A stretch of DNA of 64,000 nt from NCBI GenBank assembly GCA_030651765.1, contig JAUSBY010000015.1, forward strand, positions 74,043 through 138,042. The letters run 5' to 3'. This document shows positions 51,687-59,875 of the stretch, in pieces. The first letter of the stretch is position 1. Every line of letters starts with the position of its first letter. The notes below the pieces were generated by a model, which was not told the DNA's origin, ran no database searches, and saw only the letters and a program-made list of their open reading frames with translations. A program made the translations under genes and the position numbers. Origin of the DNA: Coriobacteriia bacterium (GTDB lineage: Bacteria > Actinomycetota > Coriobacteriia > Anaerosomatales > Anaerosomataceae).

Positions 51687-52939
51687 GCGCGCTCAGCTTC
51701 GCTGCCACCACGGTTGGATACGGGCCGAAGCCGGTCGTCCGCGATGCCACGTTTGCGGTGGCGGCAGGCGAGTTCGTCGGCCTCGTGGGGCCCAACGGGG
51801 CGGGCAAGTCCACGTTGCTGCGCGCCGTGACCGGGAGTGCTGACGTGATCTCCGGCGACATCGCGCTCGGGGACGCCTCGGCGCTGCGCATGGCCGACCG
51901 CGACCGCGCCCGTCTTGTCGGCGTGGTGCCGCAAACGCCGGTGCCGCTCTTCGCGTTTCCCGCGCGCGCGTTCGTCGAGATGGGCCGCAATCCGCATCTC
52001 TCCCGCCTCGGCTCGCTCGATGCGGCGGACCATCGGATCGTCGACGAGGCGATGGCGCGCACTGACACCGCGCATCTGGCCGCCGAGCGCGTCGACGAAC
52101 TCTCGGGCGGCGACCTGCAGCGCCTCACGCTCGCCCAGGCGCTCGCGCAGCAGCCGCGCGTGCTACTGCTCGACGAGCCGACAAGCCACCTCGACCTCAA
52201 CCACGCGCTCCAGGTGCTCGATCTGGTCCGCTCACTCGCCGACGAAGGCATGGCCGTCCTCGGCGTGTTCCACGATCTCGAGATCGCCGCGCGCTATGCC
52301 GACCGGATCGCGATCGTCGCCGACGGCCGTCTGCGGCCGCCCGCACCACCTGTCGAGGCGCTTGACGCCGCCGCGATCGCCGACGTCTTCGGCGTACGCG
52401 CGGTCGTGCGCACCGACCCCGTCACCGGCACGGTGGGCATCACGCCGGTGCTCCGCGACGCCGAGCTCGCCGGCGAGCGCACGGGCGAGACGATCGGCGT
52501 CGTGTGCGGCTCGGGCGCTGGCGCCTCGCTCATGCGCCAGCTCGCCAAGGCCGGTCACGCGGTCTTCGCCGGCGCGCTCAATCGCGGCGACGTGGACCAC
52601 GCGGTTGCTGAGGCCATCAGCGCCGGTCGCGTCGACCTGCCGCCGTTCGGCGAGATCGGCGAGGCCGACGAGCGTGCCACGCGCGAAGGGTACGAGCGCT
52701 CGGCATGCGTGATCGTCTGCGAGACGCCGTTCGGCAGACCGAACCTCCCCAATCTGCGTGCCGCGCTCGGCTCGGGCAGGCCGCTCGTGCTCATCGGTCA
52801 GATGGCCGAGGCTCGCGACTTCACCGGTGGCGAGGCACGCCGGCTGTGGGACGAGGCGCTCAGCCGCGGAGCCGAGCGGGTAGACTCGGAGTCAGAGGCG
52901 CTCGAGGCGCTCGCGCGCCGACTCGGAACGGAGGCGTGA
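51683..52939 (+). CDS. BtuD/FepC-like ABC ATPase with ~160-aa C-terminal extension of unknown function
   Basis: Walker A GPNGAGKST, LSGGDLQRLTLAQAL, LLLDEPTSHLD. An additional domain starts near GETIGVVCGSGAGASLMRQLAKAGH. Confidence 0.85.
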   Translation: MSALSFAATTVGYGPKPVVRDATFAVAAGEFVGLVGPNGAGKSTLLRAVTGSADVISGDIALGDASALRMADRDRARLVGVVPQTPVPLFAFPARAFVEMGRNPHLSRLGSLDAADHRIVDEAMARTDTAHLAAERVDELSGGDLQRLTLAQALAQQPRVLLLDEPTSHLDLNHALQVLDLVRSLADEGMAVLGVFHDLEIAARYADRIAIVADGRLRPPAPPVEALDAAAIADVFGVRAVVRTDPVTGTVGITPVLRDAELAGERTGETIGVVCGSGAGASLMRQLAKAGHAVFAGALNRGDVDHAVAEAISAGRVDLPPFGEIGEADERATREGYERSACVIVCETPFGRPNLPNLRAALGSGRPLVLIGQMAEARDFTGGEARRLWDEALSRGAERVDSESEALEALARRLGTEA

Positions 52940-53469
52940 TGGCGTTCGCCAAGCGTGGTCTCGTGCAGGTCTACACCGGTGACGGCAAGGGCAAGACCAC
53001 CGCGGCGGTCGGTCTCGCCGTGCGAGCGGCGGGCGCCGGCATGCGCGTCGCGTTCGTGCAGTTCGTGAAGGGCGGCGCGCGTTCGAGCGAACTCGGCGCT
53101 CTCGAGCGGCTCGGCGTTCGGGTCGCGCGGCCCGCCGAGCGCTCCACCGGCCTTCTCGGCGCGGGACTCACGGGCGAGGACCACTCGGCCGCTGCCGAGG
53201 CGTGGAGGATCGCGCATGAGATCATCGGCTCCGGCGGCTACGATCTCGTGGTGCTCGATGAGATCAACGTCGCGGTGGCCTATGGCCTCGTGTCCGAGGC
53301 AGACCTGCTCGCTGCGCTCACGTCCCGGCCGACCGCGGTCGAGATCGTCTGCACGGGCCGAGGGGCGTCTGAGGCTCTCATCGCGTTTGCGGATCTCGTG
53401 ACCGAGATGGTGATGCGCAAGCATCCGTACGAGCATGGGGTTCCCGCGCGCCGCGGGATCGAGTTCTGA
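52939..53469 (+). CDS. cobO: cob(I)yrinic acid a,c-diamide adenosyltransferase (CobO/BtuR type)
   Basis: VQVYTGDGKGKTTAAVGLAVRAAG P-loop, VVLDEINVAV, and C-terminal HPYEHGVPARRGIEF. The ATG overlaps the upstream stop. Confidence 0.85.
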   Translation: MAFAKRGLVQVYTGDGKGKTTAAVGLAVRAAGAGMRVAFVQFVKGGARSSELGALERLGVRVARPAERSTGLLGAGLTGEDHSAAAEAWRIAHEIIGSGGYDLVVLDEINVAVAYGLVSEADLLAALTSRPTAVEIVCTGRGASEALIAFADLVTEMVMRKHPYEHGVPARRGIEF

Positions 53470-53489
53470 CGCACGCCGTGCCGAGGCGC

Positions 53490-54254
53490 TTAGAGCGAGC
53501 AGCCCATGATCTCGTTGCGCCCCACCGTCTCGAGCGCTGCGCCGCCTGCGCCGAGCGAACGCGCAAGCGCCATCCGCGCAGCAGCCGGCGTGTTGTTCTG
53601 CTCGGAGAGGTGTAGCGCGAAGACGTGCGCGAGCCCCGCCCACGCCACCGCCGCCAGCGCCGCTGCGGCGTCGTCGTTGGACAGGTGCCCGCGCTCGCCG
53701 GCGATCCGCCGCTTGAGAAACGGCGGGTAGGGTCCGGCATCGAGCATTCGGAGGTCGTGGTTGGACTCGAGCCCGATCGCCTGAGCGCCCGCAAGCGCGT
53801 CGGCGACCTCGGGCGTGACGACGCCCGTGTCGGTCGCCACCACCACGCGATGACCGCGCCTGCTCTCGAAGGCGAACCCGGCCGACTCGGCGGCGTCGTG
53901 CGCGGTCGCGAACGAGGTCACCTTCATCCCGGCCACCGAGAACCGGTCGCGCCTGCCGACCGCGATGGTCTCCGGCACGTCGGACAGGCAGGCGGCCGCC
54001 GCGCGGAGCGTGCCGGCCGTGGCCATCACGGGAATGCCGAGCCTGCGGGCCAGCACGCGCGCGCCACGCACGTGATCGACGTGCTCGTGCGTCAGCAGGA
54101 TGGCCTCGATCCTCGCATCTCCCGCTCCGGATGCGGCCACGCGGCGCAGCGTCTCGCGCGCCGAGAGGCCGACGTCGAGCAGCACGGCCCGGCCACCCGA
54201 CTCGATCAGGGCGGCATTGCCGGAGGAGCCGGAGGCGAGAACGACTAAGCGCAT
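53490..54254 (-). CDS. MBL-fold metallo-hydrolase (YycJ-like)
   Basis: LASGSSGNAALIE..., LLTHEHVDHVRG (HxHxDH), and C-terminal HLS. Confidence 0.8.
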   Translation of the reverse strand: MRLVVLASGSSGNAALIESGGRAVLLDVGLSARETLRRVAASGAGDARIEAILLTHEHVDHVRGARVLARRLGIPVMATAGTLRAAAACLSDVPETIAVGRRDRFSVAGMKVTSFATAHDAAESAGFAFESRRGHRVVVATDTGVVTPEVADALAGAQAIGLESNHDLRMLDAGPYPPFLKRRIAGERGHLSNDDAAAALAAVAWAGLAHVFALHLSEQNNTPAAARMALARSLGAGGAALETVGRNEIMGCSL

Positions 54255-54396
54255 GAGCGCGTCTTACGCTGTGGTGTGTTTGGCATTGGCGCATTGTACC
54301 GTGTCGCACCGACACGGTGTGGAGATATCATGCGGGTGTGAGGGAACACACTCTCAGGTGCCCGCGATGGGCGCCCCGTCTGCAAAGGAGCCGTTC

Positions 54397-54765
54397 ATGG
54401 CGCAGGATCGCTGGTCACTCAGGAACATCTATCTGTACCTCGTGTGTCTCATCACGCTCATCATGGTCATCGTCGGCTCGGTGGGCATGGTCCGCGGCGT
54501 GGTGGAGCTCGTGTATCCCGACCCGTACATGGGCGGCTACATGGAGCGTCCGGTGGACGTCAAGGGTGAGGACGGCATGTCCGAGGAGGAGTGGGAACGG
54601 CAGCAGAAGCTCAGCGCCGACTCGTCACGCCGCTACGCGATCCTCTCGCTCGTAGGCAACGGCGCGCTCGTGCTGATCGCCGGTCCGCTGTACGTCTACC
54701 ACTGGCGCAAGATCGAGGTCGAGCACGCCGAGAAGCCGCAGTCCACACCGGCGACGGGCGTCTAG
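54397..54765 (+). CDS. small membrane protein (two TM helices)
   Basis: ATG at 54397 with AAAGGAG upstream. Helices IYLYLVCLITLIMVIVGSVGMV and ILSLVGNGALVLIAGPLYVY. Confidence 0.5.
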   Translation: MAQDRWSLRNIYLYLVCLITLIMVIVGSVGMVRGVVELVYPDPYMGGYMERPVDVKGEDGMSEEEWERQQKLSADSSRRYAILSLVGNGALVLIAGPLYVYHWRKIEVEHAEKPQSTPATGV

Positions 54766-54825
54766 CCGTCCCGGGTCGCGCGGTATACTTCTCTCACGTT
54801 CCGCCGATGCACAAGGAGGGGCCGC

Positions 54826-55071
54826 ATGTCGGTCAAGGTCTTTGCGCTCTCAACGTGCCCGTACTGCCGGATGGCCCGGGCTTACCTGGATGAGAACGAC
54901 GTCTCCTACGACGTCGTCGAGGTCGATATGCTGGAAGGCGAGGAGAAGGACGCCGCGGTAGCCGAGGTCAAAGAGATCTCCGGCGGCACGTCGTTCCCGG
55001 TCGTCGTAGTCGAGGAAGAGGTGCTCGTCGGCTTCAACAAGAAGCGGATGAAGGAGCTGCTGGACCTGTGA
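54826..55071 (+). CDS. glutaredoxin-like protein (CPYC active site)
   Basis: VFALSTCPYCRMARAYL and TSFPVVVV...VGF thioredoxin-fold motifs. AAGGAGGG RBS. Confidence 0.8.
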   Translation: MSVKVFALSTCPYCRMARAYLDENDVSYDVVEVDMLEGEEKDAAVAEVKEISGGTSFPVVVVEEEVLVGFNKKRMKELLDL

Positions 55072-55745
55072 GTGACGGCGGCGTCCGTCCGGTCCGTCGG
55101 CGCTTCGCCGAGGGCACGACGATCGAGGACCTCAAGGCGTACATGGGTCCGTTTGCCGCCACGCTTGGCTACGTGTTCAACACTGAGACCGACTTCGTGG
55201 ACGAGGTGCTTCGCTCGGAACTCGAGATCCTCGAGGCGACCGGCGACGTCTACTGCCCGTGCCGGGTACGCACCGGCGACCCGAAAGAGGATGTCCGCAT
55301 CATCTGTCCGTGCATCCCGTTCCATGCCGAGCAGTTCGCGGCGATTCGCAAGTGCTGGTGCGGGCTGTTCATCCGCACGGATGTCGAGGATGGCGCCGAG
55401 TTGCTCGGCGTCGTCGATGAACCGGAGTCCGGCACGGTGATCGAAGTCCCGGTCTGCCGAGTCGCGGACCTTCCGCCGGGTTTCGTGCGGCACGTCAAGC
55501 TCGGACGGGCCGACGTCGCGCTCGCGCGCGTGGGCGACGAGTTCTTCGCGCTCTCGAACGTATGCCGCCACGCGTTCGCGCCCCTTGCCGATGGCGTGCT
55601 CGAGGGCTACGAGGTCATGTGCCCGTGGCACGGCTGGCGCTACGACGTGCGGGACGGCACGACCGACCACCCCGACGCCGACGTGAAGACCTATCCGGTC
55701 GCGGTCCGCGACGGATTGGTGTTCCTGAGCGTGACCATGCGATAG
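55068..55745 (+). CDS. ferredoxin:thioredoxin reductase catalytic-subunit-like domain fused to a Rieske [2Fe-2S] domain
   Basis: FTRc cysteine pattern CPC-x14-CPC-x13-CWC (YCPCRV...ICPCIPF...KCWCGLF). Rieske motif CRH-x16-CPWH. The GTG overlaps the glutaredoxin stop (GTGA). Confidence 0.75.
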   Translation: MSDGGVRPVRRRFAEGTTIEDLKAYMGPFAATLGYVFNTETDFVDEVLRSELEILEATGDVYCPCRVRTGDPKEDVRIICPCIPFHAEQFAAIRKCWCGLFIRTDVEDGAELLGVVDEPESGTVIEVPVCRVADLPPGFVRHVKLGRADVALARVGDEFFALSNVCRHAFAPLADGVLEGYEVMCPWHGWRYDVRDGTTDHPDADVKTYPVAVRDGLVFLSVTMR

Positions 55746-55767
55746 GCTCTTCTCTTCGATTTCATCC

Positions 55768-55890
55768 GGAGGCCTGACGGACAGGGGTCAGCCGGCGAGT
55801 TCCGCAGTGAAAGAAGAGCCGCCCGATGGGCGGCTCTTCTTTCGGTACGAGGACTGTCTGAGTCCGGCGACCCCTGTCCGTCAGGCCTCC
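55768..55890. terminator. nested hairpin between convergent genes (bidirectional terminator candidate)
   Basis: Outer 22-nt perfect arms GGAGGCCTGACGGACAGGGGTC (55768-55789) and GACCCCTGTCCGTCAGGCCTCC (55869-55890). Inner perfect 16-bp stem GAAAGAAGAGCCGCCC-gat-GGGCGGCTCTTCTTTC (55809-55843). Confidence 0.6.
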
Positions 55891-56816
55891 TACTCGGCGC
55901 CCTTCTCGCGGAACAGCTCGGCGATGCCACCGATCGAGCCCATGATCCCGGAGACCTCCATCGGCAGGAACACCTTGTTGGCGGGCCCGTCGGCGATGGC
56001 CTTCAAGGCCTCGAGGTAGCGGATCGCGATGAGGTCGTTGGTCGGGTCGCCCTCGTGGATGGCGCTGAAGACGCTCTTGATAGCGAGCGCTTCGCCTTCG
56101 GCCAGCGCGATCTTCTGGAACTTCTCGGCTTCGGCCACGTCCTTGATGGCCTGTGCCTTACCTTCGGCTTCGAGGATCGCGGCGCCCTTCGAGCCCTCGG
56201 CACGCGTGATGGCGGCCTGCTTGTCGCCGTCGGCCTCGAGGATCAAGGCGCGGCGGGTGCGCTCGGCCTTCATCTGGCGGTGCATGGCCTCGGTGACGTC
56301 CATCGGCGGCTCGATGCGCTGGAGCTCCACGCGGACCACGCGAACGCCCCACTTGTCGGTAGCGTCGTCGAGGATCTGCCTGAGCGCGGCGTTGATCTTC
56401 TCGCGGCTGGTGAGCGACTCGTCGAGCTGCATCTCGCCGATGACGTTACGCAGGTTGGTCTGCGCGAGCTTGGTGGCCGCCACGTAGAAGTTCGCCACGT
56501 TGTAGACGAGCTTCACGGGGTCGGTGGCCTCGTAGTAGACGACCGCGTCGACGGTGACCACGACATTGTCCTTGGTGATGACCTCCTGCGGCGGCACGTC
56601 CACGACGTTCTCGCGCATGTCGACCTTGGTCATCTTGTCGATGACCGGGACGATGATGGTGAGGCCCGAGTCCGCCGTGCGCTGGTACTTGCCGAGTCGC
56701 TCGATGAGCCCCTTTTCGTACGGACGCACGATCCGGATGCCGGCGAGCGCATAGAAGAACAGGACGGTGAGGACGATCAGGCCGAACAGGATCGCAAATG
56801 CGACAGCGCCTTCCAT
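55890..56816 (-). CDS. SPFH/band-7 (stomatin-like) protein
   Basis: N-terminal TM helix, then [16 protein letters not shown]..., [27 protein letters not shown] and [16 protein letters not shown]. Confidence 0.85.
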   Translation of the reverse strand: MEGAVAFAILFGLIVLTVLFFYALAGIRIVRPYEKGLIERLGKYQRTADSGLTIIVPVIDKMTKVDMRENVVDVPPQEVITKDNVVVTVDAVVYYEATDPVKLVYNVANFYVAATKLAQTNLRNVIGEMQLDESLTSREKINAALRQILDDATDKWGVRVVRVELQRIEPPMDVTEAMHRQMKAERTRRALILEADGDKQAAITRAEGSKGAAILEAEGKAQAIKDVAEAEKFQKIALAEGEALAIKSVFSAIHEGDPTNDLIAIRYLEALKAIADGPANKVFLPMEVSGIMGSIGGIAELFREKGAE

Positions 56817-56818
56817 GG

Positions 56819-57274
56819 TCACTCCTTCGCTTCTGCGGTGGATGGGGCGGGCTTCACGACAAGGTGCGTGCCCTCGACTCTCTCTACGATCACGCGCGCG
56901 CCGACCGCGACGGCCTCGCCTGCCGAGGAGTCGGCACGCCACTCCTCGCGCTCGATGCGCACGCGGCCTGCGCCGTCACCCGGCTCCACGGCCTCGGTGA
57001 CCACGCCTGTCTTGCCGATGAGCCGGTCGACACCGACCTTCTCGGGCGGTTCATGCGTGACCCGGTCGGCGAACCGGCGCAGGCTTAGCAGTAAGACGGC
57101 CGAGACGGCGAGGAATGCCGCCCACTGCCAGCCCATGCTCATGCCCGCGAAGTTGACGCCCGCTGCCGCCGCCGCTCCGATGCCGAACGGCAGCAAGAAG
57201 AAGCCGGCGGTGAACATCTCTCCGACGATGAGCACCGCGGCCAGGCCGGCCCACACCCAGAACCAGACGTCCAT
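56819..57274 (-). CDS. NfeD-family membrane protein
   Basis: Three TM helices plus a C-terminal OB-fold ([21 protein letters not shown]). Classic partner immediately upstream of the SPFH gene. Confidence 0.8.
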   Translation of the reverse strand: MDVWFWVWAGLAAVLIVGEMFTAGFFLLPFGIGAAAAAGVNFAGMSMGWQWAAFLAVSAVLLLSLRRFADRVTHEPPEKVGVDRLIGKTGVVTEAVEPGDGAGRVRIEREEWRADSSAGEAVAVGARVIVERVEGTHLVVKPAPSTAEAKE

Positions 57275-57367
57275 GCGCGACTTCCTCTCTACGGTGTACT
57301 ACCCAAGAGTACCCGACCCGCGCGGGGGATAACATGCCCTCACGGGTCGGCTCCGGTGGCGGGCGCC

Positions 57368-58681
57368 CTAGTTCGCGTCCGTGATGCCGCCGGGCACGTG
57401 TGCGGCCTTTTCGCGGACACGCTCGGCTGCGGCGAGTATCTTGTCGGGAGCGACGACCGACCCTCCGTCGAGGATCCGCCAGGCTCCGGCGCTCATCACC
57501 GCGCGTACGGTCGCGGGCGCGCCAGCCTCTATGAGTTGCCTGGCAGGGTGCTCGGTCGGCCCGATGCTCACGATCGCAAGGTCCGCCTGCTTCCCGGGCT
57601 CGAGAGAGCCGAACAGGTCGTCGAGTCCGAGTACCCGCGCGCCCTCGAGCGTGAGCATCCTGAGCAGTCGGCTGGCCGAGAGTCCATGGTCGAGCGCATG
57701 GACGGCCCGGGCCTCGGCGAACAGGTCGACTCCCTCGTTGCTCGCCGCCGAGTCGGTGCCGATGGCCATGTCGGCGCCGAGCGCGTGCAGGTCGGCGACC
57801 GGGGCCGTGCCGTTGTGCAGGTAATGGTTGGAGCGTGGACACAACACGACGCCCCGTGCGTGCTCGGCGAGCAGCTGCGCTTCGCCCGTGCCGAGATGCA
57901 CGCAGTGGACTGCTACAGCGCCGTTCAGGACGCCGAGGCGGTGCGCGTACTCGACAGCGCCGCTCCGTGGGGTGGTGAAGCCGTGCGCCAGTCGTTCGGC
58001 CAGGGCCGCGAGCGGTCCGTCACCGCGGGCGAGCAAGCGCGACTCCTCGGCCGACTCGGCGAGGTGGAGCATGTATCCGGCCTTGCGCTTGCGTGCGAGC
58101 CGGTAGGTGGCATGCAGGAGGCCGGGACCGCTCGTGTACGGGGTGTGCGGCGATATCCCGCAGCGCAGGCGGCCGCCTGCGCACGCCGCGGGGTCGTCCG
58201 GGAACTCCCGACGCTCGAGCGCGGATGCGAGGTCATCGCCGTCGACGCCCAGGACTTCCCAGAAGAACGTGCCGCCGAGCCCCATGTCGCCCGCCGCGGA
58301 CAGCGCCTCGGGGCCGTAACAGACGTCGCCTACGACGGTGGCCCCGGACTGCAGACACTGCAGTGCGCCGAGTGTCGCCGACGCGATGTGATCCTCTTCG
58401 TCAAGCGCCCGGGAGACCTCGGCGATGCGGGCGAGCCACGTGGGGAAGGGCATGCTCGGCACGAGTCCCGCAAGCGCGTTGAGCGACAGATGCGTGTGCG
58501 CGTTGACGAGTCCGGGCGTGATGACGCACCCCTGGTGGTCGCACACGACGGCTTCGGGATGGCGTGAGCTGACTTCGGCCAGCGTTCCGACATCGAGAAT
58601 CGTCCGGCCCCTGACCGCGACCGCGCCGTTGCGGATGGGCGGCCTTGAGACCGGAAGCACCCAGTCGGCGGTGACGATCAC
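57368..58681 (-). CDS. amidohydrolase-superfamily deaminase (MtaD / aminodeoxyfutalosine deaminase-like)
   Basis: ITPGLVNAHTHLSL (HxH), HLAES, and GTDS..S motifs of the chlorohydrolase/MTA-SAH deaminase group. The GTG start overlaps the upstream stop (GTGA). Confidence 0.8.
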   Translation of the reverse strand: MIVTADWVLPVSRPPIRNGAVAVRGRTILDVGTLAEVSSRHPEAVVCDHQGCVITPGLVNAHTHLSLNALAGLVPSMPFPTWLARIAEVSRALDEEDHIASATLGALQCLQSGATVVGDVCYGPEALSAAGDMGLGGTFFWEVLGVDGDDLASALERREFPDDPAACAGGRLRCGISPHTPYTSGPGLLHATYRLARKRKAGYMLHLAESAEESRLLARGDGPLAALAERLAHGFTTPRSGAVEYAHRLGVLNGAVAVHCVHLGTGEAQLLAEHARGVVLCPRSNHYLHNGTAPVADLHALGADMAIGTDSAASNEGVDLFAEARAVHALDHGLSASRLLRMLTLEGARVLGLDDLFGSLEPGKQADLAIVSIGPTEHPARQLIEAGAPATVRAVMSAGAWRILDGGSVVAPDKILAAAERVREKAAHVPGGITDAN

Positions 58682-59532
58682 GGGCGGGGCCGTTCGTCGG
58701 GGATGCCGAGCAGGCTTGGCTTGCGCAACTCCATGCACCCGCACGCAGCCTCGAGGTCGGCGTCGGCGATCGCGTCGAGGACGATCTGTGCGATCGTCTC
58801 GGACTCGTCGAAGAAGATCGACTTGAGCTCGGCGTGCTGCCACTCACGGACCACGCCTTCGCCGTAGTTCACGACGATGTAGATGCCGGCGTAACATGCG
58901 CCTATGTCGCGTGCGAGGAAGACCTCGGGTGCGAGCGACTGGCCGACCACGTCTCCGCCGAGCCGCTTCATGTAGTCGATCTCGGCGACGCTCTCGAAGC
59001 GTGGGCCATCGGTCACGAGGTAGATCCCCCGGCTGAAGACCCGCGCGAAGCGCTCGCTTGCGCCGGCGTTCAGGTGTGAGGCCAGGTCGGGGCAGATTGG
59101 CTGACGCATGATGAGCAGGTGATCGCCGCGTACGTAGATGTCCTGCTTCACGGTGAGGTCGATGAAGTCGTCTGGCACGATGATGTCGCGCGGATCGAGC
59201 AGGTGGTTGAGCGACCCGACGCCGCCGTCGGCCAGCACTTTGCGGACGCCCGCCTCGTGGAAGACCCAGAAGGTCTGCAGCGAGGCGTCGGCGCGCTTCA
59301 CGCCGCGGCGCCAGCCGTGCATCTTCACCGCAAGTGCGTCGCGGACGCCGTGCGGGCCGGTGACCCGGAAGTGAACGAACGCCGGCGAGCGGCCGAACGG
59401 TGTGTCGAAGGCCAGGCCGTCGGCGAGCACCTCGACGCGCTCGTCGGCCAGGGCGGCCGGGAAGTCGAAGCTCAGTGACCCGCTACCGCCACAGATGCCG
59501 AAGTCGGCGGAAGGGACTGTTGTCTCGGGCAT
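58678..59532 (-). CDS. MTAP-family purine nucleoside phosphorylase
   Basis: FGICGGSGS, TPFG.SP, GGVGSLN, IVPDDFIDLT, GPRFES.AE and VVGQSLAPEVFLARD are colinear with 5'-methylthioadenosine phosphorylases. Confidence 0.75.
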   Translation of the reverse strand: MPETTVPSADFGICGGSGSLSFDFPAALADERVEVLADGLAFDTPFGRSPAFVHFRVTGPHGVRDALAVKMHGWRRGVKRADASLQTFWVFHEAGVRKVLADGGVGSLNHLLDPRDIIVPDDFIDLTVKQDIYVRGDHLLIMRQPICPDLASHLNAGASERFARVFSRGIYLVTDGPRFESVAEIDYMKRLGGDVVGQSLAPEVFLARDIGACYAGIYIVVNYGEGVVREWQHAELKSIFFDESETIAQIVLDAIADADLEAACGCMELRKPSLLGIPDERPRP

Positions 59533-59629
59533 GAACGCACCTCCTCGCGGTAAGGCTACCCGAAACGGGACCGGGCAGACAGGCATTGCGGCGTCGGGGA
59601 CGTATACTCCGGGGAGGGAGGTGTCGTCC

Positions 59630-59842
59630 GTGGAGCCGAGTGACTATATACACGAGATCGGCGCGAAGCTTGAGTCGAGCACCGATGCCGGAGAGCGCGC
59701 GGCCCTCGCCGACCTGCTGGGAGCCGCCGGTCTGGCTGACGCCGGACCGTACCTTGCCGAGGCGCTTGCAGTCGAGACCGACGAGAGCGTCAAGGTACGG
59801 CTGCGTGCCGCGCTTGCCCGACTCGAAGGACTCTGTCTCTGA
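59630..59842 (+). CDS. small hypothetical protein (Ala/Leu-rich helical)
   Basis: Only the last ~70 codons of ORF 59402-59842 lie outside the antisense MTAP gene. GTG at 59630. Support is weak. Confidence 0.3.
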   Translation: MEPSDYIHEIGAKLESSTDAGERAALADLLGAAGLADAGPYLAEALAVETDESVKVRLRAALARLEGLCL

Positions 59843-59875
59843 CGGTGCCGACGCGCTACGCGCCTGTGAGTCGTG

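Noticed and set aside
52798-54315. 505-aa minus-strand ORF across cobO and the MBL hydrolase
   Set aside because: It is an alternate or antisense frame with Arg-rich composition. cobO (plus strand) and the 254-aa MBL frame (minus strand) carry the recognisable motifs.
56055-58567. 425-aa and 403-aa plus-strand ORFs opposite SPFH/NfeD and the amidohydrolase
   Set aside because: Antisense shadow ORFs with low-complexity composition.
59402-59629. First 76 codons of ORF 59402-59842
   Set aside because: They lie antisense to the MTAP-like gene. Only the distal part beyond 59630 is intergenic, and even that is a weak call.
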